64,000 nucleotides of DNA from Polymyxa betae A26-41 (taxonomy: Eukaryota > Protista > Endomyxa: Phytomyxea): contig RBZT01000705.1 of NCBI GenBank assembly GCA_003693705.1, forward strand, positions 1 through 64,000, read 5' to 3'. Below the pieces are notes generated by a model. The model saw only the letters and a list, made by a program, of their open reading frames with translations, was not told the DNA's origin and did not search any database. Position numbers and translations under genes: made by a program. Shown here piece by piece: positions 23,712-35,880 of this stretch. Numbering within the stretch: the first letter of the stretch is position 1; every line of letters starts with the position of its first letter.

Positions 23712-25200
23712 ATGCCTATGGATCAATCAGAGCATGATCAGAAGCAGCAGGTCATCGCCGAAGAACTTCAGACAGACCAGGAGTCCGAGCTGACGACGAA
23801 CAAGCCCGATCAGCAGGACGAACAAGGCTCGGAACAGGAGAGCTCTGATGAGAGCTCGTCTGAGGACGAAGACGATGCTGATGAGGCTGATGACGACCAG
23901 CAACCTGACAATGTTGTTAGTTTAAAAAGAAGAAATGAACAACAGACCGAACCCCCACAACCTAAGAAACGCTGGGCACGAAAGCAGGCTGATGACGTGC
24001 CTGCGAACAAATACCAAAGGCCTGAAAGCCAATCAGGAGAGTACAATATTTGGTATCATCGTTATCTTGGCGACCAGGTAAGCTTCTTTGCTGAGGATAG
24101 CTCTCTTTTTCATTGCTACTGTTAGAATCAAGTTCGGGAACGTCCCACACATCGCTGTGATCCCGAAAGGGATAGTGGTTTAACACGTGCTGATGGCTCT
24201 AGACCTGATACATATATCTGTCTGTACTTTGCTAAAGGCTGCTGTGTTCAGGGAAAGAACTGCAACTATTTGCATCGAATTCCCGCTCCAGGTTTCAATT
24301 GCTTGAAATAGTTCACTGAATGGGACTTATTCGTAAATTCAGAGGATAATGATCGGCTAGATTTAGTCCATGATATATTCGGCAGGAAACGCCACCAGAC
24401 TGATCGTGAAGACATGGGTGGTGTTGGTTGTTTTTCCAGGGAAAGTAAAACTTTGTATATTGGAAATATTCCTATTGGTACAATTCGCTTTTATCGAGCG
24501 TTATGGAGATGTTGACTGCTCCAAATAGACAGCATGGTTGAGACCTATAAGCAGTTGGCGAAACATTTCGGCAACTTTGGTCCAATTGAACAAATCAATG
24601 TGAAGCCCAAACACGGCTGCTGTTTCGTTCGATTTGTTTATCGAGCTAACGCTGAATTCGCTAAGGTTACTGCCTGTATTGTTTTCTGATTCAGTTCTAA
24701 ATGATACCCAGGTCGCTATGGCTGAACAATGCCTGGATGGAGAAGAACAACTCAACATTCGCTGGGCTTACGACGATCCTAACCCTCGAGTCATCAAACA
24801 AGTGCAGAATGAGAAAGAGCAGCGTGTAGTAGACGCTCTGCGAAGATCAGGATACAACGAACAGATGGCCCGTTACAATGCTCCTTCCGATTATCGCCCG
24901 GCAAATCCAGCTCAAGGAAAGCATCACGTTGATCCTAATTGCTATCCAGACACAAGCGTGCAGTTCTCGCAGCAACAGCAAGCCAATCTGCGATATGACG
25001 AGCAGTATGCCACCTATTACGCCCAGTATCAGAACTATTATGGAGCGTATCCTCAGCAGCAGTACTATTCGGAATCTATCCCACAAGCTGCTGCTGCTGC
25101 TCCCCAACCAATACCACAGCAAGCGCCTGTTGTTGATAAATTCACTCCAATGACAAGAGAAATGTATCTAGCCCAACAAAGGTCGTCTACATCTCGTTAA
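23712..25200 (+). CDS. CWC2: Pre-mRNA splicing factor CWC2 (Torus, CCCH zinc finger, RRM)
   Basis: [79 protein letters not shown]. Confidence 0.95.
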
Positions 25201-25217
25201 TCAATAAAGTTTTGTCA

Positions 25218-27032
25218 TTAGTTACTGGTAATTATATCGAGCTTCACTGACTTCTTCTCGGGAGCCAGATTCAGCAAGGCAGTAAGCTCAGCTTGCTCTT
25301 CTAGCGCCTCCTTGAAAAACAGTTCCAGCCCTTCTTTTACACGAGGATCGATGGGTTCATAATCCAATCCCAAATTACGCAGATCGTCTTGAATCAAATA
25401 GAGAAGCTCCGATACAGATCCGAGCTGATTTTGAGATCCAATCACCATTTGTCGTATCTTTGATAGTGACTCTCTGAATCCTGTCAGATCGCTTCCAAAC
25501 TGGTGCAATTCTGCCATAACATTCTCTGAAGTCAGCATTGTGACTGTGGCAGATCCAGCTGTAACAGTTCCTAGCGCTGCTGTCCCTATTGATCCAATCA
25601 AGGGAAGCGATACGCCCGAGACGACCGCGGCAACCGAAGCTGTTAGCATCAAACCCGACGAGATCCTCTTTCTTCGATATTTCGATATGATGTCATTCCG
25701 TGCTGATTGGACAGATTCGAATTCGCGTTGCACCGAATGCAGGTTATCCAAAACATCCGAGAATGCCGCCTCTAATTGGGAATACTTGCCGGCTACTATT
25801 GAAGCCAGTTCTGCTGCATCCGAAAACTTGCTCTGGCTGGTTAATAGGCGAGCTTGATTGATTACTGCTTCGGCAGTTAAAATAGACTCCAAGCCGCTTG
25901 AAAGAATACTGTAGATTGAATCAGAAACCTCGATCGCTTTCGTCTGGAGGCGATCAGCGGCCTGGACAACGGCGGAAATAGATTTGTCATCGCGTTGCAG
26001 CAGATCACCAAATTGCATTCGAGGCACATTGAACGGATTGTTTCGCATCAGGTTGATCACGCGCTGACGATCGTAATCTATCGGGTTCGTTGACGATTCC
26101 AAATATGAAAGAATGGTCTTCTCGCGGCGAAGACTAACATCAATACCTTTGACAAGGATATCGAAATCATAGGACACCGCATGTCTGATATCTCGAAGAC
26201 TTTCAAACGACGGAACTGTTGCGAACAGAGCATTCCGAACAGAGGCCTTCTTGAATCGAAACACATCTTTGAAGCCTCTCAACAGCGAAGACAGTCCGAA
26301 TTCTTTGAATCTGGCGAATTCGTTAAAGAAATGATGGGCAGTATTATCGATCGAGTGAAGATACTGCAGAATCAGCGCATACAGAATAATAAACAGAATC
26401 GAATGAACTGTGGCAGTACGCCAGGGATAGAATAGAAAGCATGTCAGTATGGCAATGGCCACAATGCGCCAATGCCCTTCAATAAGCCCTTCAAAGAAAT
26501 CAAATGACTCCTGGTGCTTCTTCGACTGAATATCGAGTTCGCGTAACAGCGCCTGAAACTGTTCATCGCAACTGCCAGCGAGCTTGAACAATGATAGCAG
26601 TCTGCCATTCTCGGCACGAATGAAAGCCTTTAAGTTGCCAGACCCTGACTGATACATCTTTATAAACTGTTTCCCAAAATCATCGCGAATAAAGCGACCA
26701 GATTGACGCCTGATCTCGGCGATCTCCGCCTGAAAATGAATTGAAACAGAATCGGTTTTGGTGCTCTACGCGCTCACATGTAATTCTGTCAATATCTGTC
26801 GTGCTTTCTGAGACTCCAGAGCGGTAGGATCGGTATCAATTTGTTTTAAGACTGCTAGCAGAACCGTATCGATATCGCGAACAACTCGATCAAACTGTTG
26901 GGTGGCGGTGGCGATTCTCAGCGCCAGATTCGAGACGGACGGTGGCGAGCCGCGACGTTCTCCATTGCCATGGACCAAAAGACAGCATAACCCGAGCGAT
27001 ATGAGCAGCAGCGGCTTGAACAGCAGCCGCAT
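25218..27032 (-). CDS. Secreted/membrane all-helical coiled-coil protein, 2 exons
   Basis: signal peptide MRLLFKPLLLISLGLCCLLVHG; intron 26730-26777 joins ELH|AEIAEIRR in frame; two hydrophobic helices plus a G/A/S/T-rich hydrophobic hairpin. Confidence 0.8.
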
Positions 27033-28077
27033 CCGTTCAGTAATCAAAGTGAAAGAAAGCCATGTACCGATGTTTGATCTGAGGCCCAACAAACTGACAG
27101 ATAACTTAATGTCCGTTCATTATAGAGAGAGCGGTTCATTCAACCAAGTCTGTGTATTCAGCTTTATGCCATTCTGCCTAATACATACAGCAAGCAGTAT
27201 ACGTCTGTCGTTGTAGTGAAAACTGCTCAGATATGTTGAACTTTGGCGGCATTATATAATTGAAGTTCAATTCTGTTCAGAATGCAGCAGTGGTGGGGAT
27301 ATTCCAGGGCAGATTTGGTCTAGAAAGCATCAGAGCGCAGAGCTGAAACTTTCTATCAGACTCTAACTATCAAACAGCGACAAAACTCGATTATTTCTTT
27401 ACAGGAAGGAGATTTCGTTTTCATATAGTGGTAAAGAGAGAGAATGTTTCTGTAAAGAACATTGGCATCGCCACAGAATAATATCAGCGTGCCAAGAATG
27501 AAACAGAGTTCGCTCTGGAGCACAGCCATTTGATCTCAAAGTCATGGAGACGAATCTCTGCTTAAGACTGGTAAAGGGCCCCTAATAATACTGCCTCAGA
27601 ACTGCGCCACTACGCAATTATCACCATCAACGAATCACGAATTGCATTATGGGACCTTCCGTTGCTGCAGCTTTATGGATCTGAGAGCCCCGGTTTCGAT
27701 TCAAATATCTTCCGTTTTGTTTGAAGTTATTACGATCGGTTCTGGTGCTAGATAGAGGCAGAATCAGTGCGCTCGCTCTTGCTTTTATTAGGCATCGAAG
27801 TGCGAGTTGTGAATATGACACCAACGAATCTGACACTGATTCACGTTACAAAGATTTTTCAAATGAAATTTTTTCTTCGATTTTGTTCTGTTCATTAACA
27901 GCTTTATAACGCGGCCATACAGCCTAAATTCAGAGTGTTATAATACACCGATTGCCTCCATTTTTCCTTCAGCTGGCTTACGAATAGAGCCAGCTTGGCG
28001 CGTATGGATCGATCTGTACAGAGCCAGGTTGATAGTCGTCATGGTCGCCTGATCGCGCTGGCGTCGTCTACACCAGC

Positions 28078-29513
28078 ATGTCGGGGCGTGCAGATCGTCC
28101 GACCTATCTTGAAGGCCTCGACGAAGAGCGGCGGACGACGCTCCTCGACATGGCCAACTTGCTGAATCAGGTTCGCTCCAATTCGTGTCAATTCCGCCTT
28201 GCAGTAACTTTTTGTCAGGATCGTCGTCGATCACAACCGTTTAAAATGAGTAGAAACAATGAGCAGCCGATCAAGACCGGGCGTCCTCTGGATAACACAT
28301 CTCTCTATATGAAGAGCATCTGGCAGCTTCGACATCAGCTGAACGCTCTCACAATCGATCATGATGCTACGAAACAGCAGCTGATCGAATCAGAGAAGCG
28401 ATGTCGGGCGCTGGAATCCGAGCTGCAAGCCGCCCGCTATCAGCGTAACTCTCAGATGGCAACAATGGCTGAACAGATCGAAGAACTCATCAGCCGAAGT
28501 GATATGGCGATACGGTCCGCTCATCTGGCCTTAGAACGACAGCAGCGAAGCGATGCGGATCGAAGCGAGACCGAATCGAAGCTGTCGACGCTGAGGTCGC
28601 TGCTGGCTTCGGATTTCGCCAGAAGCGAAAGCGTCCAGGCGACCGAAGATACTCGACGTCATACAAAGCTTTTAGAGAAGCTCATCACACCGGATGTGGT
28701 GGAGGCATCACAACCGCCTGATGGGTTTCAAGCGCCTTCTGCCAGATCGTTCACTGTGCAAGAGTTTCGTCTAATGGAGACGACGGTCAAGCAAGCGACT
28801 GCAGAAAGGGCGCAGCTCAGAAATCAGCTTGAGGCATTGCATTGTAAATCTGAAAGAGCGCAATCAGATGCGCTTGAGAAGATGAAATTTTATGAGGATC
28901 AGAAAGTCAAGCTGAGCCGAAGTCTAACTGGAGCTGTATGGAGACATTCATGATATCGCTGTTAGGAATGCTAATAAGTTGTAGGCGAGGAGAATTCAGT
29001 GGTTGGTCGGCGAGAAGAGGAAGATGGCGAAGAACTTCCAATCGCTGAACGAATATTCGACCAAGCTGGAGAAGAAATTGCTGAAACAGTATGAAGAGCT
29101 GCAAACGCTAAAAGCTGTCAAGCAGCCATCTAGAAACGCCAAAGTACCTAAACACGTAGTATTTTTGAATTCGTTCCAATAAGCTTGTTTTTTAGGCAAT
29201 AAAGAGCACTTCCAATAAGACGGAAAACAAGCGAAAATTAGAGCAGAATTCGGAAAGTTCGGTACAGCAAGATAGTGAGCCCCAGCTAGCTGTACAGCAA
29301 TCGTTGCACGAAACTACGAATGATATGGAGCCCAAATCACGTGGGATATTACATCTGGTAAAGGACAAAGAACATCAGAACCAGATTGAAAACGTTCCAC
29401 TGAGAATACAGTTCGGATTGAATCGCTTCAGCGACGACTCGCTCGATGGCCGGCCGACCTTGGCCGAGTTGGTCCAATCTGCTATTGAGAACGAAACTGA
29501 TAACGATAGCTAA
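28078..29513 (+). CDS. Hypothetical coiled-coil protein, about 4 exons
   Basis: long heptad-rich E/Q/R/K ORF; canonical short introns (e.g. 28170-28217) splice in frame to the stop at 29513. Confidence 0.7.
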
Positions 29514-29564
29514 ATAATAGACAATCATATCTGCATAAATAAATTCAATGTGTATCAGCGAGAT

Positions 29565-30438
29565 CTAAATAATCTCGTCCATGACGTTATTCTCGTGCAT
29601 ATCCAGAATGATGATGGACGCCTTTCCCTTCGACACGTCTTTGACCAGATTCTCGATGTTTCCGAACTGACCCGGATCGGTCGTGATCACAGCTTGCCAT
29701 TCAGGCGGCAGCCATTCTTCTGCGTCGACAACGACTTCGGAGACCTCGAGGAGTTTCTCCTTCAGTTTCATCTGCTTGACACACGTCGCTGGAGCGTTGA
29801 TCTGAACTCGCATTCGTGCCCTGGCCAGCGGTAAACAGCCGGAATCTTTAATGGCTTGCATAACCTGCAGAGCTTGCTGTTTAGAAGGTCTGCAGAAATA
29901 GCAATCAGCAATGATGCAGCTTGCTCCAAGAGCCAGAAAAGCAACCTGTTTAGTAGCACCGAAAAATGCAGCTCTTTCATTGCGGTCTCGATCATTTCGA
30001 CCGAGAAAGGACGTTTCGCATCTCTATTGACACATTTCTCTTGGACAATAGCGGCGACTTCCTTGAATTTCGATTCCAGATCGGCTTTGCGCTCTTTATC
30101 CGAGACCTGCACATCGCCCTTCTCCAAAATCAACCGAATCACTTCATCTTCGTCGGTGGTATTGAAAGCCTTCTCTAACTCGGCCGCTTTCGCTACGACG
30201 CCTTTGGAAACGTTGGAAAACACGCGGCGAATCTGCAGAACTTCATCGAGATCCTTCTCGCTGTCAACAGCTTAGCACGCCGAACCTGCAATGTGCCTGT
30301 CCAGGCTTACACGCCGTTCCTCCAGCTGAGCACCTTGTTCCTATAGCAGGCGATTTCGAATCGCTTCCCCTTAGCCTTCAGGCGAACCACGGCGACATTC
30401 GTAAGACGAACCTGCGTCACCGGTTGCTTGATGCTCAT
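29565..30438 (-). CDS. SBDS: Ribosome maturation protein SBDS/Sdo1, 3 exons
   Basis: [66 protein letters not shown]. Confidence 0.97.
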
Positions 30439-30743
30439 AGTTTAGGCGGAGTCCGTTGCGGACTACGAGTGAGCGCGGCCCCATTCCCACTCTAACCTGA
30501 GCAACCATCTAATAGCAGGCGATCTCGAAATCGCTTCATCTTAGAACCACGGCGGAATTCATGATCTAATCTCCATCTCTGATTGGCAATATTTCCCAGA
30601 TCGTCATTATTGAACCAATGCTGATATCGGTTTAATTTCCGACTGGCTGTGGTCGGCCCAACCGAGTACCTGATCTGATCCCGGGGCGCGATCGCTCTTA
30701 TACATTAATTGGGCGTGCCAGACGGACACTGCCCCCAGACGCC

Positions 30744-31393
30744 ATGTTCCGGAACACATTCCAGTCCGGGTTCTTATCCATTCTGTACAGCATTGGGTCA
30801 GTACGCCCCAACCTTTAGCTTTATTCTTCTGCAATCTGGTGTCGTTCTGATCTGATCGTGTGTTTTCAAGGTCGAAGCCGCTGCAAATCTGGGATAAGGA
30901 TGTTCGTAATGGGCATATCAAGCGTATCACGGATCAGGACATTCAATCGTCGGTTTTGGAGATTATGGGGACCAATGTCTCCACCAATTTCATCACTTGT
31001 CCTGCGAATCCGAAGAATACGCTTGGAATCAAGTTACCATTTCTCGTCATGATCATCAAGAACCTGAAGAAGTACTTTACATTTGAAGTTCAGGTTCTCG
31101 ATGATAAAAACGTTCGTCGTCGGTTCCGAGCGTCGAATTACCAGTCTACGACTCGTGTCAAGCCGTTCATCTGTACGATGCCGATGCGTCTTGACGAAGG
31201 CTGGAATCAGATCCAGTTCAACCTGTCGGATTTCACTCGACGAGCGTACGGGACGAATTACATTGAGACGCTCCGAGTTCAGATTCATGCCAACTGCCGG
31301 ATTCGTCGTATTTATTTCAGCGATCGGCTCTACTCTGAGGAAGAGCTACCGCCCGAGTTCAAATTGTTCTTGCCTATTCAAAAGCAAAGCTGA
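30744..31393 (+). CDS. CFAP20: Cilia- and flagella-associated protein 20 (BUG22), 2 exons
   Basis: [18 protein letters not shown]|[62 protein letters not shown]. Confidence 0.98.
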
Positions 31394-31525
31394 TCCATTC
31401 TATTTCCGCATTTTTAAGCACTTTGAATACACGAATGCCATTGTCGTAACAACATCAACAAAAGTGTACATCAAATCCTGTAAATATCTGCCAGCCATCA
31501 TATCTTGTATATCGGCTGTCCTTAC

Positions 31526-32902
31526 ATGGCGGACGTTGTCAGCCGGCGAACCTTGCATATATATGCACATGCTGTTCGTGGCGACGTTCCGCCGGCGTCT
31601 GCGGATTCCTTCACGACTGCATACGGGCGTGGAATATTTTCGAAGATTGTACCTGATCGTCTGACAATCAGCTCACCAATGACCTTCTGTAGAACGAAGC
31701 ACTGAAAGATCGGTCAACTGCTATCGTCAGGGAGAAAGCTTTAGCTGCTCTTGTTGACCTGTGGCTTAATCCTATCAACGCTGTGGAAGCGATACCATTG
31801 GGTATTCATAATCAGGTGGCTAAAGTCTTGTCAAATACTGGAACTGAACCGGCTCGGGTCTTAGCTTGCCAGGCTTTGAGTCGATTTGTCAGTAAGTCTT
31901 AGTGCTTTAAAAATTAGGCACCAGTTAACATCATCAGAAAATCGGACATGTCGAGAATTGTTCTATAACGATAAAGTTCTGGTCAATTTGGTGCTTGACT
32001 CGGTAAGCTACTATCTGGTTTACATGCTTTGCAACTGAGATCGACCAAGCTTGCCGATTATGATGAGGCAATTCGAGGCAACTCTATCGATATCATTCAG
32101 GAATTATTTAAAAGCAATGCCGGCACCGTCGCCCTCATTGAGGAGCGTCTTATTTCCAGGCTGGTTCATCGAATACAGGAAGAGAAAAACCTAACAACTC
32201 TGATGCAAGTCGTCTATTGTCTTGCTCATGTGGTCGCCGATAAGATGGGTGTTGCCACTTTGATTGAGCGTATGCAAAACCCCAAATGAGTGTCTTCATC
32301 AACTGACAGGCATTCAGTCGACCCATCGCTACAGAGTATAACCGCACTTCTGCGAAGCAACGATGAAAATGTTCGGGCTGGTTCCGCTCTGTGCCTGGCA
32401 CAAATCTCAAGGGATAACGAAGGGAAGAAGTTTGTTCTGCAGGCTAATGCAGTTTTTAAGTAGAGGCTGTCCACGCTTCAGTTGCTGAATCTGATCGTTT
32501 GTTCAGGCTGAATAAGATGCTTGAAGATGAGAGTGAAGAAGCAATCGTGATGGCATGTCGGGCTCTAATGCATTTGGCGAGTGACGTTAAGTACGCATCA
32601 AAGAACGCTATTGAGAACGAAACCTGACAACAGCATACAGAGGAAAAGCAGATATCGTGGATCTTGGTGTAATTTCATCATTGCTGTCTCTGCTTGAGCT
32701 CCACCAAAAGGTATCGCCGCGTAGAGAGTACATTTGTATGTTTGCATTGCAATGCCTGGCTTCCGTCGCCGAAAACCCGCGTGGGCGACTTCGTCTGGAC
32801 ACTGAACCAACGTTAGCGCTGCTGAGCACTATCGCTGATGCCCATCCCAAACTAAGACCCTATGTTGAACGAGCTAAAAAAATTATTGAATGGGTGCCAT
32901 AA
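31526..32902 (+). CDS. RSPH14: Radial spoke head 14 homolog (RTDR1/RSP8), ARM repeats
   Basis: TTAYGRGIFSKI..REKALAALVDL N-terminus; ARM repeats; C-terminal LASVAENPRGR..AKKIIEWVP matches the RSPH14 pattern. Confidence 0.75.
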
Positions 32903-33080
32903 GGGCAAATGTTGTTAATACAAAGCTCACATGATAATGATACAATCAATGTGAAGGGGCGCAACCTCATCATGTTGTACACTGAGTCTGTCTGACCTTC
33001 GACTTGCCGCTCGTCAGCTGATAAGGCTGATTGCTTGGTATAGAGCGGTCGCTAGGTCACTGGATTGAAGTTGTCGAATC

Positions 33081-33639
33081 ATGGTAGTTGGTTCTGCCAG
33101 GTGATGGTTTCTCAGTGTTAATATTGGCGGTAGATCAACTTTATGCTGCTGATCTCGCGTCAGGGCAAAGTCCGGCTGACGAAATGGTACAATACCTATA
33201 CACCTAAAGAGAAAGCCCAATTCATTCGCGAGGTTTCGGGGGTAGTTTTGGCCAGATCGCTCAAAGCGACAAATGTCGTCGAATGGCGTGATGAGAAAGT
33301 CATCTACAAACGATATGCATCTTTGTACTTTATTTGCTCTATTGACTTGATGCATAACGAGCTTGAAGCTCTTGAAACAATTCACTTGTATGTCGAATCT
33401 CTGGATCGATACTTCGGCAATGTCTGGTTTCTCAATTTGCTCTAACATCAGTTATTGAATTGGTTCGACAGGTTTGCGAACTTGATCTAATCTTTAATTT
33501 CCACAAGGCATATTACATTCTGGATGAAATAATTATCGGCGGTCAGCTGCAAGAAACATGTAAGCGAGATGTTCTTCGCTTTATTGGTGCCCAAGATGCT
33601 CTGATGGAAGATCATGATGTCGGTGTTCAGACTAAGTAA
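33081..33639 (+). CDS. AP1S: AP-1 complex sigma subunit, 3 exons
   Basis: M|[50 protein letters not shown]|[19 protein letters not shown]. Confidence 0.95.
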
Positions 33640-33655
33640 AAAGTGTTGCACTGTT

Positions 33656-34878
33656 CTAGGATAAGATACTTTCAAAGTAGTGTTTATGATGACCAGGAGC
33701 CAAGCAGGTCGAATTGATGCTCCCGGGGCTCAACGTGATCTGACAGTATTTACAAGCCATCTTGAACTGTTCTAGCGCCTTGAGATATCGGTCGTGCACT
33801 GCAGACCAGTTCTTGAGTTCTTGACTATCATGGTTGCGTTCTCTGAGGAGATACCAGATCATAGCATCTTTCACTGAAATCAAATCGTCAAGCGTGGCAT
33901 ATCGTTTTAGAATGCTATCTCTTGCTTGGATCTCTCTGGGAAGGTCCGTAAGGCTGATTTCTTTTATATCTGGGGCTCGTTGTTGAGATAACGACATCCC
34001 TAATGTCATGTGCGAATCGAAATTTTGCACGAATGTTAGGAATTCGCGAGGCGTTCTCCGATCTTCCATCACACTTCGCGAAAATTTCTCCATGCTTTCA
34101 AGAGCTGCCTAAAACGACTAAGTGAACAGAGTCAACAACGAGAGAAGTCTGGTACCACAATTTGAGATTGGTCAGCACGTAGAAATGCAAACTTCCGATT
34201 CGCTTCGATATGTAAATTATCAATGATAATCTGCATATGTTGCCGTGTTTCCTGCTCTATATTGTCGACAACAGCTTGAGCTCGCGAGCATTCCCTTTCG
34301 ATATTTCCCATGGCTGCGATCAAAGCGTCACGAGTTTCTCCCAGTTTGCCACTGACTAACGAATGCATTATTGCAAGCTTGGCTTGGTATGCATTCTCCA
34401 AAGTTACGATCATGTGGCCGATGCTTTGATGTGACCCGATTCGACAGCGTTCGCAGATGGGAATCTTGCAATTCTGACAAAAAAATAGCAATCGTTCTTC
34501 CTTATGCTGTGGACAGTAAACTCGATATCGCTGCACATCATCAACGGGAACCCGATCATGGTTGGCGTCAGCTTTTACAAGATGCGAATTTTGATTACAT
34601 GTAGCGCATAGCGTTCGATCGCAAGACCGACAATAGACGAGTGACAGCGACGTCGAGCAACCTTCGCAAGAAACTTGAACTATCAAAAGTAAGAGCCCAG
34701 CTTACATAAAGCATCAAAGTGAAACAATACTTTGAGGCGTTGGAAATGGATTAGGAGTAGCAGTCGGCATAACTGCCTCGCCCTTATCCGCTTTTTTGTC
34801 ATTTTTATCGGCCTTACTTTTCTTCTCGCCTTTCTCCTTCTCCTTCTTATCTTTGTCGGTCTTGGCAGATTTCGCCAT
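33656..34878 (-). CDS. Double B-box zinc-finger / coiled-coil protein, 3 exons
   Basis: MAKSAKTDKDKKEKEK.. exon spliced to CEGC..YCRSCDRTLCATCNQNSH..HDR and CPQHKEE..FCQNCKIPICERC..H..H, then coiled coil. Confidence 0.85.
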
Positions 34879-35085
34879 CCCAGCACCGTTCGTAACAATC
34901 TATCCAACACCTGTGACTAGCCGTACCTGCCATCTCAATAAGTCAGCTGAGCAATGGCATAGCTCATTCATTTTGTGACTTTGTCGATGATCAATCACAC
35001 GGAATGAAAGGATGCGCATCAATATTTTTGCTTGCTGGTTTTCCCATAGAAACTCATTCATAGAAGGGCGGCCCGTTTGAAGCTC

Positions 35086-35827
35086 ATGATAGAGTCGCTG
35101 ATTCACAAGTCAACATTTCCACCGCCTCCGCCATTCTACACTCTCTATTCGAAGGATGCGGTCGTAGCGCAGCCGAGTTTACTCGAGCCGCCGCCACCGC
35201 TGAACGAATCGTTCGTAAAATTCGGTGCTGTGCAATCTGTACGCTGGACTTCATGAATGATTTGGTTTCCTGACGATACCGGCTAGGATGATTTTCTGGT
35301 GCACGACCTGGGTTCTACTCCACAACTTTATGATTCAAACGAATCAGTCTCGCGAAGCTTGAGACGACTATGTCGATCTACTGCTCAAACGTTTATCGAG
35401 TTACTTGATGCCCTTCTTGACAAGCAGCGCCAGCTTCCCGATAATCTCACTCATCTTCGCTGTCTATTTATCAATATCGCTCATGTTTTGAATAAGCTTC
35501 GCGCGCATCAGGTGGGAACGCGCAGGACCCAAATGTTTTCGAATTGACAATTTTTAGGCTCGACAAACAGTAATCACGCTTTTACAGAAACAGATTAAAG
35601 CGAGACGACAAAGGAGCGCTCAGCTTCAAGCACAGTCTGAACGAGCAAAGCAATTTCTGGCAGATCATGGATTAGCAGACGATTCTATGGTTGTTGAGGC
35701 CCCTCCAGAGTCGAATCCGCGTGTGTCAGAAAATACAGTTGAAACGAGCAAGGAGAATAAATCCTCAAAGGGAACTGAACAAGATGCATTATTAGCAAAG
35801 CTTTACGATATATGGAGAAAGCAATAA
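35086..35827 (+). CDS. MED7: Mediator subunit MED7, 3 exons
   Basis: STFPPPPPFY, LEPPPP..FVKFG, LFINIAHVLNKLRAHQ|ARQTVITLLQKQ. Confidence 0.92.
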
Positions 35828-35880
35828 ATCTTTCAGAATGCTGTTGAGAGGAATCCATTTACGTATATGAAGATTCAATA

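Noticed and set aside
33081-33133. First coding exon consisting only of ATG in AP-1 sigma
   Set aside because: An intron right after the start codon is a common feature of conserved eukaryotic genes
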